A stretch of 64,000 nt of DNA, from the NCBI RefSeq assembly GCF_006345805.1, contig NW_021835083.1, forward strand, positions 531 through 64,530, written 5' to 3'. The notes beneath the pieces were generated by a model. That model had not been told where the DNA came from and searched no databases. It saw nothing but the letters and a program-made list of their open reading frames with translations. The DNA is from Octopus sinensis. Taxonomy: Eukaryota. Positions 13,779 through 29,125 of this stretch are shown here, one piece after another. A program made the position numbers and the translations under genes. Within the stretch, counting starts at the first letter, position 1. Every line of letters begins with the position of its first letter.

Positions 13779-13992
13779 GGTGACGAGCTGGCAGAATCGT
13801 TAGCGTGCCGGAAGTAAACTTAGCAGCATTTCGTCCGTCTTTATGTTCCGAGTTCAAATTTCGCCGATCTCAACTTTGCATGTGCTCTATTCAGAGGTTT
13901 TATCAAATAAGTACCAGTCAAGCAGAGGGTAAAATGTAATTAATAGTCCTCTTCTCCATAATTTCAGACCTTGTTCCTATAATAGAAAGGAA
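13779..13992 (+). mobile_element. tRNA-derived SINE family B (variant tail ..CCTTGTTCCTATAATAGAAAGGA)
   Basis: GGTGACGAGCTGGCAGAATCGTTAGC head, GAGTTCAAAT B-box, AAATAAGTACCAG core; tail matches the reverse complement of 52581-52612. Confidence 0.8.
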
Positions 13993-14030
13993 TTTAGATG
14001 AAATACTTTCAATGCTGATTATTCTAGCCG

Positions 14031-14091
14031 AACAATCATTCTGTGCTGATGAAGGTAAATAACCCGGAAATTGCGATACACAGATATTGTT
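14031..14091 (+). ncRNA. Type I hammerhead ribozyme-like motif (minimal stem III)
   Basis: TCTGTG-CTGATGA-AGGTAAATAACCCG-GAAA-TTGCGA-TA-CACAGA: 6-bp stem I, extended by AACAAT/ATTGTT after an internal loop; conserved core; AUA cleavage triplet; imperfect stem II. Confidence 0.6.
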
Positions 14092-14249
14092 TTGAGCTGA
14101 GTGGGGAAAAGGGGGCTAGATTCCTTTGTTCAAAAAAATGTAAGGGCACAGATCGTGTCGTATAACCAGCTGGAGACGATGTCTCCTGGAGCTAAATTAC
14201 AGCAACATTCGTCCTAATCCAGGACTGCCACGTTAAGTGATATAATTTG

Positions 14250-14330
14250 ATGAAATTTGGAAGTTACCAAACAGTGTGAATATCTAGGAGTGACTATTTA
14301 TCATGGCATTGATTAGACAGGTGGAATGGT
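14250..14330 (+). mobile_element. Short degenerate LINE RT fragment (tentative)
   Basis: NLEVTKQCEYLGVTI resembles the LINE RT domain 7 YLG motif. Confidence 0.3.
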
Positions 14331-14579
14331 TTTAATGTCTGTATGTTTTTATATGTATTACAGGATAATCACAGTCAGATTTAAGAAAATATTTGTTAGA
14401 AATCATTAGCTGAATGTTTAGTTAATATAGCAGTAATGTCGATACAGTTAGACAATATAGGGCCCTCTCAAGATAGTTTTATTAAACTCTAGGCTTCTTC
14501 GGCAGGCTGATGAATGAGTTAAACGTTTATTTAGATACAGTGGAGAGGTGGAAGCGATTTCTATACTATTGTTAGTTAA

Positions 14580-14900
14580 TATCTCACAAAATATTCAAAA
14601 GACACTATTTAAACTCCTTAACAAAAGAATATATTGAGTCAGATATGGATAATGCAATAAGTAACTTTACCACGTTTGATAATCAGCTACAAACATTCAT
14701 TTTGGCCAAATCCCATTCTTATATCGTCTGAAAATGTAACCAGTCTAAGGCCTATCTTTGCGTGTATCATATACTTGGTATATGTATTCAGACCCTTTTG
14801 TTTGTGACTACCGATAAGATAATCACATTCTGTTAATATTTCCTTAACACACAGGATCATGGGTTCGCCGGAAGTATAAAATATACGAGAATGTTGCCGT
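14580..14900 (-). mobile_element. R4/Dong-like RT fragment, degenerate
   Basis: YMIHAKIGLRLVTFSDDIRMGFGQNECL*LIIKRGKV matches the YMDD...FSxDIxMxFGxDKC...KRGK pattern. Confidence 0.6.
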
Positions 14901-15084
14901 GTTTGCTTCAAATTTGACTGAACTGACTACGGCAGGACACTCATTCCACGATGGTATAATCACACACAGACACACACATAAACACACACACAAACACACA
15001 CACACACACATACACACAAACATATATATATAATACTTATGACAGGAATTTAAGTTTATAAAAAGAAAGCGGTTCGTAGGTATA

Positions 15085-15270
<186 letters not shown>

Positions 15271-15999
15271 GAATGTGAGAGAGAGAATCAGACAGAGGAA
15301 GAGGCAGGAAGAGGGAGACAGAATGGGTGAGTGAGATTTAAAAAGAGGTTTGAGTCGTTTATCAACTTCTTATCTCTGATCAAAGTTTTATATTCTTTTC
15401 TGATGCAATTGTCGAGAATTCACAAAAGGCTACACTATACATTGTTCCTCAAATGTTTGATGTCAACGCGTCTGCGAGTCTGCGTGTCTACAAGACTGAG
15501 TACCTTCAACTGAGTGTTTAAGTGTGCAAGTGCCCAAGTGACCAAATGCTTGTAGGTGTCGCCCTCAGCGTGTCTCAGCATGTGTATTAGGGATGGGCGT
15601 TCTCCGTATCTGAGTAACTATGAGACTCCATATCTGAAATTCTGCATATCTCCTTGTCTCAGTATCTGAGGTTCGTGTATTTGTGTCTGCAACATTTGTC
15701 GAACTGCTTGTATCTCTGAGCTTCTGCATGCCTCAGTTATCGGCATGTTTGCATGTCCAAATATCCATCTGCGTCTCTGCATGTCCGGTACTCTGGCTGC
15801 GTCTCACCTTGTTCGGGACTCTGTCTACGCATTAATGTATCTACATAACTCGCTCAATGTGCGTTTGTATGTCTAAATGTCTACAAAATCTCTACGTCTC
15901 TTCTACGTCTCTCAGTGCCTCTGTACCTCAGTGCCACAATATCAGCTTGTCTGCATGCCAGAGTGTCTGTACTGATGATTCCAGAGCAAAATATCATTA

Positions 16000-16468
16000 T
16001 TCTTTTACTCTTTTACTTGTTTCAGTAATTTGACTGCGGCCATGCCGGAGCACCGCCTTTAGTCGAGCAAATCAGCCCCAGGACTTATTCTTTGTAAACC
16101 TAGTACTTATTCTATCAGTCTCTTTTGCCGAACAGCTAAGTTACGGGGACGTAAACACAGCAGCATCGGTTGTCAAGCGTTGTTGGGGGACGAACAGAGA
16201 CGCACAAACATATACACACACATATATACACACATATATACATACATACACACACACACACCACATATATACACATATATATATATATATATACATACAT
16301 ATATACGACGGGCTTCTTTCAGTTTCCGCCTACCAAATCCACTCACAAGGATTTGGTCGGCCCGAGGCTATAGTAGAAGATACTTGCCCAAGGTGCCACG
16401 CAGTGGGACTGAACCCAGAACCATGTGGTTGGTAAGCGAGCTACTTAGCACACAACCACTCCTGCGCC
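16000..16468 (-). mobile_element. tRNA-derived SINE family A, full length, internal (CA/TA) microsatellite
   Basis: Reverse complement begins GGCGCAGGAGTGGTTGTGTGCTAAG..GGTTCAGTCCCACTGCGTGGCACCTTGGGCAAG, ends ..GAAACAAGTAAAAGAGTAAAAGA; homologous to 33940, 40314, 49990 and 63386 copies. Confidence 0.9.
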
Positions 16469-16735
16469 TATATAATAAAACACATATTACATAAAAAAAC
16501 ATACTAACTCTTCACACAAGATTAATTTATCTATTTATTTATCTCACACTGGAGGTAGCATCACTGATATACTCGGTGTGTGTGTCTATGCACGTTGTGT
16601 GTGTGTGTATATTGCGTGTGTGTATACATGAGTGTGTAAGTGTATGTAAGTGTGTTTGTGTGGATATGTGCGTTCACTAAACTAATTAACATTTTCATAA
16701 TTTATTTCCAATTTGTGAAACTATCTGTCAAAATC

Positions 16736-16739
<4 letters not shown>

Positions 16740-16792
<53 letters not shown>

Positions 16793-16798
16793 ATAATA

Positions 16799-16845
<47 letters not shown>

Positions 16846-17160
16846 TATTTTTTTGCATGAATGCAGTCATGTCTTTATAAGTGTGTATAATATATAATAT
16901 CATAGATATATCTAGATTATACACACACACATATATATATACACACATATATCACTATATATATAATATATATATATATATATAATGATATATGTGTGTA
17001 TATATATATATATATGTGTATATATAATATATATATATATAAACATATATGTATATTTACATACATACACATAACTACATATATACATACATACATACAT
17101 ACATACATACATACATACATACATACATACATGCATGCATACACACATACATACATACAT
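16740..17160. repeat. (TA)n/(TACA)n microsatellites
   Basis: Direct reading. Confidence 0.9.
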
Positions 17161-17488
17161 ATTTTCATTTTTGTGTGTCTACGTCTACAGAAAAGGTGTC
17201 GAACACGTACGCCTGTGTATATATCTCTATGAGTGTGTTTCTCTCTCTGCATATATGCAAATACATGTATGCCTATATACGTGTGTTATGTCTGATGTAT
17301 GTTGAGTGTATGTGTCTACAGTTTTTTTTTATGTCTATTTTCTTTACTTTTGTTTTATTCCTTTTTTTTTTAACGTTTTTTGTTGTAAAATTCTTCTGAA
17401 ATGTTTTCTAAAGTTTTACAGTTTTTCAGTTATGGTTTGTAAATTAATTCATCATCATGACACCACAAACCGAACAGCAGCATCACCT

Positions 17489-17489
<1 letters not shown>

Positions 17490-17523
<34 letters not shown>

Positions 17524-17657
17524 GTCGTCGTCGTCGTCGTCGTCGTCGACGTCAACATCATCATCATCATCGTCGCCATCATTATCCTTATCATGAGTAT
17601 ATTAATAATAATGAGAATAATGATAATAATATTCACAATAAGAGAAACACTACCACC

Positions 17658-17700
<43 letters not shown>

Positions 17701-18134
17701 ATAATAATAATAATAATGATAATAATAATAATAATAATAATGAAAATATGATGGTGATGATGATGAGGATGATGATGATGATTATAATAATCTATGCCAT
17801 CGTCATCCTCAGTGTCATCATCATCATCATGAACATGTTCACCAGTGTTGTAGCAATCATTCTCATCATATCCTTCGTTCTCCTTTTCCTCCACCGCCTC
17901 CTCCTCCTCCTCCTCATCATCATCATCAACTTCATCACCCTTATCGTCATCATCAACATCCTCATCATCCTTATCACTGTCATCATTGCAACTGCCATCG
18001 TGTTCGACATTTTTATCATTACAACTATCGTATAATTAACAATAACATTTGATCATCATCTGCATTATTATTAATAATTTCATCATCATCGTCATCATCA
18101 TCCTCGTCATCATCATCATTATTATTATTATTAC

Positions 18135-18179
<45 letters not shown>

Positions 18180-18265
18180 CCTGATTATATTATTTATGTT
18201 ATAAAAAAACTCGCCATTAATCATTATTGCTACTATCTTTTACATCATCATCATCATCATCATTC

Positions 18266-18330
<65 letters not shown>

Positions 18331-18359
18331 GTAATAATAATAATAATAATAATAAAAGC

Positions 18360-18420
<61 letters not shown>
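17490..18420. repeat. Compound trinucleotide block (CAT/CGT/ACT/TAA/ATT)
   Basis: Direct reading. Confidence 0.9.
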
Positions 18421-18421
<1 letters not shown>

Positions 18422-18816
18422 TCTCCATAATGATAATATCTTCAAAATCACTTATTTCATCATTTTTCTGTCACCATCTTTATCTCTGCATGCCTCTCTC
18501 TTTCAGTCTGCCCGTTTATATCACTCTCTCACTCTCATACACACACACTCTCTCTTTCGATCTATATGTAAAAATGTATACATATATATGTTTCTCGCCC
18601 CTCTGTCTCTCTGTCTCTCTCTCTCTCACACATACACACACATCCATACAGAAATATTCGTATACACACCTCCAAATAGTACGCGCTCCCACTCACCTTC
18701 CACTTGTTCTCCTATCACTTGCAACCCAATTAGTGAGAAGGTGTGTTACTTTTGTCAGTGATATCCCGAGGGAGTGTCTCCAGTCGCAGGTGTTTCTGTA
18801 CTTATATATATATATG

Positions 18817-18905
<89 letters not shown>

Positions 18906-19008
18906 ATATATATACATATATATAATATGCACACACATACATACACCACAACACACGTATATTATATATACATACATAATATATATGTATATATGTGTAT
19001 TATGTGTT

Positions 19009-19059
<51 letters not shown>

Positions 19060-19323
19060 TGGATGTATATGCAAGAATCTGTGCATATATATGTGTAATA
19101 GCAATATGAATCCAGTGCTGTAAATGAGACCATGTATATATCTATTTGTATTCTGTATATATATATATGTATATGTGTGTACGTATTATACACGTACGTA
19201 TGTATGTTCATATAGATATATATGTAAACACGTGTATGAGTATCTATGAATGAGAATATATACATGAAAGAATTTACTAGCGCCACCGGCATATATATGC
19301 ATGTTGTTTTTTTTGTATGTATG

Positions 19324-19389
<66 letters not shown>

Positions 19390-19619
19390 TCCGCCACACA
19401 TATTTGAGCTGTTTGAAATGTCTATGGTGCATTTATTTATCAGTTGTTGATATACAATGTATCAAATGTCGTCTATTCGCCTGTAACATTGAAAATTAGT
19501 CAAACGATCGCATCTGTCAATTCGTCGGTTTAGTACTTCTACGCCGAAGTTTACCTCTGGGCGAATGACAATACTTAAGTAGACTTCAGTTCGGCCACTC
19601 AACATCATTATCACCAACA

Positions 19620-20035
19620 TCATCAGTACTACACCTACTACTGCTGCGACTACTACTTTTACTACTATTACTGCTGTTGATGCTGCTACTACTACTACCA
19701 ACCACCACCACCACCACCATTGCTAACTACTACTCCTGTAACTAATAATACTACTACTATTTCTACTACTACTTCCACTACACTGCTGCTGCCGCTGTTT
19801 CTCGTGTTGCTCATGTTCAAGATGATGATAATGATATAATAATATAATAATAATAATAAAATAATAATAATGATGATGATGATGATGTATAATAGAAGAA
19901 GAAGAAGAATAATAAGAAGAAGAAGAAGAAGAAGAAGAAGAATAAGAAGAAGAAGAGAAGAAGAAGAAGAAGAAGAAGAAGATAAGAAAAAGAGAAGAAG
20001 AAGAAGAAGAATAAGAAGAAGAAGAGAAGATAGAC
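19620..20035. repeat. ACT/ACC, TAA and (GAA)n microsatellites
   Basis: Direct reading. Confidence 0.9.
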
Positions 20036-20053
20036 CAGAGAACACATAAATCT

Positions 20054-20914
20054 ATGACAAGGAACAGAGAACTACACCCCAAGAGGGATGTGTCAAGATT
20101 GTATGTAAAAAGGAAAGAAGGGGGTCAGGAATTGGTGTGTTGTGAAGGTTGTGTAAGGGAAGAGAACAGTCTGACTGAAGCAGTGAAAATACAGAGAACC
20201 TTAAAAGTGAACGAAGCCGTAGATCCAACGCAATTTAAGAAAAACCAGAGAGAACAGATGTAGAAAATGTGGCGGGACAAGAAAATACATAGTCAGTTCT
20301 TGAAGAATAACGTTGAGACTGATTGGAATAGAACTTGACGATGGCTGCAGAAAGGAGACTTGAAAGGTCCCACTGAGACATTAGTGTGCAGCGCTCAAGA
20401 ACAAGCTCCCAGAACAAAATACTCCAAATATCACATTGATAAAAGCACTGACTCGCTACAGTGTAGGATGTGCTCTGACAAGGGAGAAAGCCATATTGTT
20501 AGTGAGTGCTGTAAGTTCGCACAACACGAATATAAAAGGAGACACGACAATGTGGCCCGATATGTCCACTGGCTGTTGTGCAGTAAAACAAACTTCAGGA
20601 GAACCGAACAATGGTTTGAACACAAGCCAGAGGGAATAATGGAAAACGAACATTACAAAATACCCCGAGATTTTAACAGACAGTGCGACAAAGTCATAGA
20701 GGCGAGACAGCTAAATATCGTGATCATCCATAAAGATGAAAAAGAATTAAAGATAATAGATGTTGCAATATCAAGCGATTGGAGGGTGAAATGTAAGGAG
20801 GCAGAAAAGATTGAGAAATACCAGCCACTGCGGGGTGAGCTATGGGGCATGAGGAAAGTAATGGTGATACTGGTGGTAATTGGATCTTTTGAAAACATGA
20901 ATATTGGAGCTGCT
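20054..20914 (+). mobile_element. R4/Dong-like non-LTR retrotransposon fragment (thumb, CCHC knuckle, RLE), pseudogenised
   Basis: LHPKRDVSRLYVKRKEGG; CRMC...HIVSEC..RRHDNVARYVHW; DKVIEARQLNIVII..IIDVAI..D..KEAEKIEKY; stops and frameshifts; 3' end missing. Confidence 0.85.
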
Positions 20915-22760
<1,846 letters not shown>

Positions 22761-23119
22761 GATGTATCACATAAGGTGGAGGTTGTCGTTGTATTGAGTC
22801 CTTGCAATCTTGACCCCCCACATAACTTCTTTCGTTTGTTTAGACCAGACGATCTACAAGCGTAAGTCAGCCACTAGTATTGACTGGTTCCTTCAGATTA
22901 CCTCTCACTGATATCTCCAGGACAACAACGAGCCAAAAATGCACCTAGGGGTCTAATAGAGGGCGTCACTGAGCTGATAATGAAGTATTTACACATTTTA
23001 CAGCAACCGACAACTTTATCCCCACGATAGAATACAATGGATTTACCATTAGAGATATCACAAAATTATTTGAATTAAATTGTAGTTTGTGTATTGCCGT
23101 TCACTGCTTTGCGTTGCAA

Positions 23120-23213
23120 CATAGACAGACAGACAGAGAAACAGACAGGCACATATACAGACAGACAAGCAGGCAGACAGACAGACAGACAGACAGACAG
23201 CTAGCTAGCTAGC

Positions 23214-23282
<69 letters not shown>

Positions 23283-23650
23283 TGTTGGGCAGGCCACAAA
23301 AGTTATAACAGAAGCAACTCGCCCCCCCCCCAAATAAAACAAACAAAAACAGCAACAAATTCAGTAATAAGAACAACAACAATTACAAATATATAAACAA
23401 CAACAAAAATAACAACAACAGCAACTACCACAACTGCAAATATAGCAACAGCAACAACAGTAACAATCTCAACAGGAATTGTAGCAGCAGCAGCAGCAGC
23501 AGCAGCAACGGTAACAAGAACATCAGTAACTAAGGAATATCAACAACGAGTAAAACAATAACAATTCTAGGAACAACTACAACAACACAACAACTACAGC
23601 AGCAACAACTACATCGAATATAACAACAACAACAGCAGCAGCAACAACAT
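23120..23650. repeat. (GACA)/(TAGA)n followed by a CAA/CAG-rich tract
   Basis: Direct reading. Confidence 0.85.
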
Positions 23651-23843
23651 TCGACAAAGGACAGATTCCGTATTATGATTCATTGAAAGAATATAAAATT
23701 TTTCTCCTAATAATTAGATATGTTTGTGATTCTCTGTTTCACTTACGCTGATGTTTTTATTTTTAACATAGCTTTTTTTTTTTAATGTTCATCTGGTTTT
23801 TGTGTTTGTTATATATATATATACATATATACATACATACATT

Positions 23844-23874
<31 letters not shown>

Positions 23875-23943
23875 TGCTTTCCGTTATATACGTTTGTACA
23901 GTTTGAAAAATATCAACTTTTATGTTTATATTTTAACATTATA

Positions 23944-24000
<57 letters not shown>

Positions 24001-24119
24001 TGCTTCGGATTTGGGGGCGTTTTTTTAAAGAGGGGGGTTGGGAGGGGGAGAATTTTCATTTCACTTTTCGAAGGCGATCCCTACCCACAAATAATGCAAA
24101 CGGAAAGAAATGCATACAC

Positions 24120-24166
<47 letters not shown>

Positions 24167-24275
24167 CATATGCGTGTTTGTGTGTGTGTGTGAGTCTGTG
24201 TTTTCTATCTGTGTATGTGTATATGTATATCTACGTAAACATATATGCATGTATATGTATATATGTATATGTATA

Positions 24276-24311
<36 letters not shown>

Positions 24312-24705
24312 AATAACAACATATATATATACCACAAACACATACATGTGTGTACGCGTGCACGTTTGCGCATGTGTGTGTGAGTATGATATTTGCGCGT
24401 GAATCTGTGTGCACGCGTGATAGTAATTTGTCAAATATTACATCAACAAATGAGAGGATTTCACATCAAAAAAGGTAAAGACGAGCTTGTGTTTTGCTAT
24501 ATTTTAAGCTGGCGCATTCAAATAAATTACCGAGCAATAACGTTATAAACATCGCGGTCTAGAACACCACCGCCATTATCGTCGTCATCATTGTCATCAC
24601 CATAGTGACCGTCAACATCACATCATAGAAAACATCATCGTCAGAATGGCTAGTGTCTTCACCATCAGCATCAATATCAAAAATTACGTCATCATCACCA
24701 TCCTT

Positions 24706-24754
<49 letters not shown>

Positions 24755-24998
24755 CTGTCTTTGGCGTCGTCTCATCATCATCATCATCATCATCGTTGCC
24801 GTCTTCGTCATCGTTCTCATCCCCAACCGTCCTTTTATCACATCATCCATTTTGTCGTTGCATTATTTTTTTACAGCAGTTAGCCGCCATAATGAAATTT
24901 TCATTTCAGATTTACAAAGGTGTATAAAAATACAAACATATATTTATGTATACACCTGTGCACACGCACCGCCATACACACATGCATAGACAGATACG

Positions 24999-25056
<58 letters not shown>

Positions 25057-25419
25057 TCTCTCTCTCTCTCACATATATGTATATGAATATATATATACAT
25101 ATGCACATCTCTCTCACTCTCTCTTTATATGATATATAGAGATATATATACGCTTGTGTGTGTGCCTGTGTGCGTTTATGTATGTAACCAAATATTTGGT
25201 AATAATATTACAAAATTTTATATCATTCAGAATTGTAGACATAATTGCAAAATATATTAAATACACACTGACTTGTCTGTATACACACTCACCAACACAC
25301 GGCTCGTATGTACGTTTTCAATGCGCACCGAAACACGGACACATGCAAATGTTTCTATACATATATATATATACCTTCGTTTGTACAGGTATACAGGTGT
25401 ATTTATATACACTCACATA

Positions 25420-25457
25420 AAAATAGATAGATAGATATATAGATAGGTAGATAGATC

Positions 25458-25504
<47 letters not shown>

Positions 25505-25726
25505 TGATAGATAGATAGACAGTTAGGTAGGTAGATAGATACATAGGTTGGTAGGTAGGTAGGTAGGTAGGTAGGTAGATAGATAAGTAGATAGATAGAT
25601 AGTAAGATAGATAGACAATTAGGTAGGTAGGTAGATAGATACATAGGTAGGTAGGTAGGTAGGTAGGTAGATAGGTAGGTAGGTAGGTCGGTAGATACAT
25701 AGGTAGGTAGATAGTTAGATAGATAT

Positions 25727-25802
<76 letters not shown>
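25420..25802. repeat. (TAGA)n/(TAGG)n compound microsatellite
   Basis: Direct reading; contains an internal ~100-bp higher-order duplication. Confidence 0.9.
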
Positions 25803-25803
<1 letters not shown>

Positions 25804-26419
25804 GTCATGCAAATACATACATACATGCTTATATATGAATCCTTATATAATCAGACGTAGAAATATTGATGTGGTGTGTTGTGTGTCTGTATGTGTGTGT
25901 GTGTGTGTACGTCCCCACGCATGAGCATGATTATTTACACGGGCGTGTGTAAACTAAGTACCTGCGCGTGTGTTTCTATGCGTGTTTATTGTCGAGGACC
26001 ACATCTATATTATATTTGAAAATTTGTTTTTTCTGTCTTTGAGTATTTATCGTTTGTGTCTTCCCCAAGGTTTGTAACATGACGTGTGTCTGTGATGAAG
26101 TACAATATGATGTGATTGTTGCTGTTGTTTTGTAGGCAGGGTAGATAGTAGAGTTATGGGAGGTGTTGGAAGCCAGTGAAATTTTATGTGACCGTATAGA
26201 TGGTGACTGCAGCGATTGCGATGGCGGAGATAGTAACGGTTGCAGGGGATGGACGTGGGTGTATTTTATGGCTAAGGTAATACCCATATCTGTCGAAACA
26301 AATAAAACAAATATAAACAAATATATACATGTATATAGAAATATATAAACACACACACACACACACACACACAAATAAAAATGAGTTGCACAGGAAGTTG
26401 AGTTAGGATTGGTTTGCAG

Positions 26420-26820
26420 ATATAAAATATATGAATCATTTGGATTTACATGTATGCATATATTATATATATATATATATATATGCATACATATATATAT
26501 ATGTTGTATATGTATATGTATATATATATATGCATATATATATGTATATATATATATACATATATATATTATGTATATATATGTATATATATGTATGTAT
26601 TGCATATATATTACATATATGCATGTTATGTATATATGATATATATATATATTTAATATATAATATATATGTTATATATATATGTATGTATATATATATA
26701 TATATATACATACATATACATAAATATATGTATATATATCTGTATGTATATATATACAGCAAACATACGCACACATACACACACGTATATATATATATAC
26801 ACACATACACATGTATATAT
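26420..26820. repeat. Degenerate (TA)n tract
   Basis: Direct reading. Confidence 0.9.
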
Positions 26821-28229
26821 TGTTTTGTCAAATTCGTTGTTAGATGGAACAAAAAGCAACACCAAACAACATCAACAACAACAACAACATTCAACAACAT
26901 TAACAACAAAACAACAACACCAACATAATCCCAAACAGACACCAATACATAAACACAAAAACAAATTATTTAGAATTACTGTAAATGATAAGTGTTTGAT
27001 ATCATTTGCGTGCGGTGAATATATTATTTGAATATCTGAAAACTCATTATTGCCTGATAAATTATTTTCTATGTGTGTGTATGTGTATGTATGTGTGTGT
27101 CTCTTTGTTTATAATCATTATTGTAGCTGTGGTTGTCCTGTGTGTACGTGTATGTGTTTATGCGTGCTTTATCCGTTTGTTCTGTGCATGTGTGTGTGTA
27201 TGTGTGTGTTTGTGTGTGTGTATATGTGTGTTTCCTTGCCGCCTTCATCCAACTGTGCTCGTGTCTATTTATTCATCGTGTTTTAGTATGCATTTATCTT
27301 GTGTTATTATCCATTTATTTCCTATTTCCTCCCCACCCACTGACCCACCAACCCACCCCCCACACGCATACAGATACACACAACCTGCACACCGATATAA
27401 CCACCACCACCCCCAACCCGCCTCCATCCGAGCATCTATCCCTCCCTCATTCACTCCCTCCATCCGTCCGTCCCTCCACCCGTCCATTCTGCATTCAACC
27501 ATGCAGAGGTGTGTGTAGGGATTGACAGAATGACAGATAGCGAGAAGGTGGAACGGCAAAAGCGAGAGATGCAAAGGGAGAAAGAGAAGAAAAATAAGCA
27601 TATATATGTGTTATTTCATATATGTCATGTATGTTGGTGTGCGATACATATGTCTGACATGTGTGTGTATACGTCAATATCATATACATCATCATATATG
27701 TTATATATATATATATATATATATATAACACGTATATCTCTATAAAAGTATGATGTATATGTGTATGTATTTGTATGAGAGAAATAGAGAGATAAAGAGA
27801 AGGAGAAAGAGAATCAGGGATTATAGAGAAGGCTACCTTATCTACCTAAGGCAATAAAAGAGGGAACCGCGCCAATGACGTCGAAACCCAATCTATTTGT
27901 GACCACTTAAGTGAAAATCATTGACTCTGTATTCAGCAGAGTTACTTTCCTGAAATTATCAAAGTTCATGGTATTTTTCAGCAACGCCACCGATTCCTGG
28001 ACCATATAAATTATAAATTCTCATTGCATGCCACCTCTTACGCTAGTCATTCACCAAGACAATCCTGGAAATATAAATCTCGTAGAGCAGATCATCGGAA
28101 CCAGGAAATTCACCTCTCATACACTGACATTGGCAGGTGAGTCCCCGGAGTCTCACCTGCCGTTATTTGCTTATCGCTAACAAACTACCTGTTCTGCTGA
28201 GAGTTATGTAAAACCGTGGAAGTAATCAT

Positions 28230-28790
28230 TAAAATCTACTGCTTTCCACAAACAGAGAAATATATGGTCGCCCAAAAGCAAGTTCATGTCTATCTTGAAT
28301 TTGATGACAATCACTCACTATTCATTACAGACCTAATACATCTACAAGTGCAGTGATACATTTTATCCGCATGTGTCATAATCTCTGTAACTCAACGGCT
28401 AGGTTCTCGTACTTTGTTATTTTCTTATACTTCTAATATTGACTTTTCTCATCATTTGGGAAGGTAAAGTCAATTACCTACCACTAACACTTCTCTTTGT
28501 CTACTACTACTGAATCAGATCTTATCGCTTCTATGACACGTCCCGCGTCTACCATCAGGGGTCGACATGCCTCAACTCACACAGGGCACCATTTTGCTGC
28601 TATTATATCAGATGTGGAGATTAAACTGTATTTAATCTATTATTTCTTACAGTTTACTGTCTATCTTTCGGTACTTCTTATCCAGTCTAATCTGATTGTT
28701 TTCTTACAAACGACTCGCAAGAAGTTGTTCATGACTACTCCTTCACACCTTAACTATCGTTGTTGTATGTATGATTAGGTTTTCTTAATT
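28230..28790 (-). mobile_element. R4/Dong-like RLE fragment, degenerate
   Basis: VIEAIRSDSVVVDKEKC*W*VIDFTFPND and KITKYENLAVELQRL*HMRIKCITALVDVLG on the minus strand. Confidence 0.6.
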
Positions 28791-28827
28791 GTGCCATTGT
28801 ATTAATATGGAGGAATCACTGTAACAG

Positions 28828-29125
28828 TTGTTGTTGTTGTTTGTTCCTTCTCGAGCTATGCCTGGCTCATAAGGGCCGGTTTCCCAGTTTCCATGGTGTA
28901 TAGGCTCCCCACCTGGACGCGACGCCGGTCCGTCGCAGGTGAGCTGCAAGATGCAGGAGGAAAGAGTGCGAAAAGTTTGTGGCGAAGGAGTCAGCAGAAG
29001 TTCGCCATTATCTTCTGCCAGAGCCGCGTGAGAGCTTAGGTGTTTCACTCATAGACACACACATCGCCGGTCTGAGATTCGAACCCGTGATCCGCTGCTC
29101 TAAACACTAGGCCACGTGTCTCCAC
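28828..29125 (-). mobile_element. tRNA-derived SINE family D with (CAA)n tail and 12-bp TSD
   Basis: TSD TCACTGTAACAG at 28816-28827 and 29126-29137; head GTGGAGACACGTGGCCTAGTG..GGTTCGAATCTC; shares 5' ~200 bp with 62515 element; body motif CCTGCGACGGACCGGCGTCGCGTCCAGG resembles recalled V-/Meta-SINE domains. Confidence 0.85.

Noticed and set aside
25530-25720. (TAGG)n as a telomere-like repeat
   Set aside because: Not TTAGGG or TTAGG; a variant embedded in a (TAGA)n microsatellite
28132-28161. GC-rich 10-bp hairpin, possible Helitron 3' end or terminator
   Set aside because: No CTRR terminus at the expected distance on either strand and no U-tract
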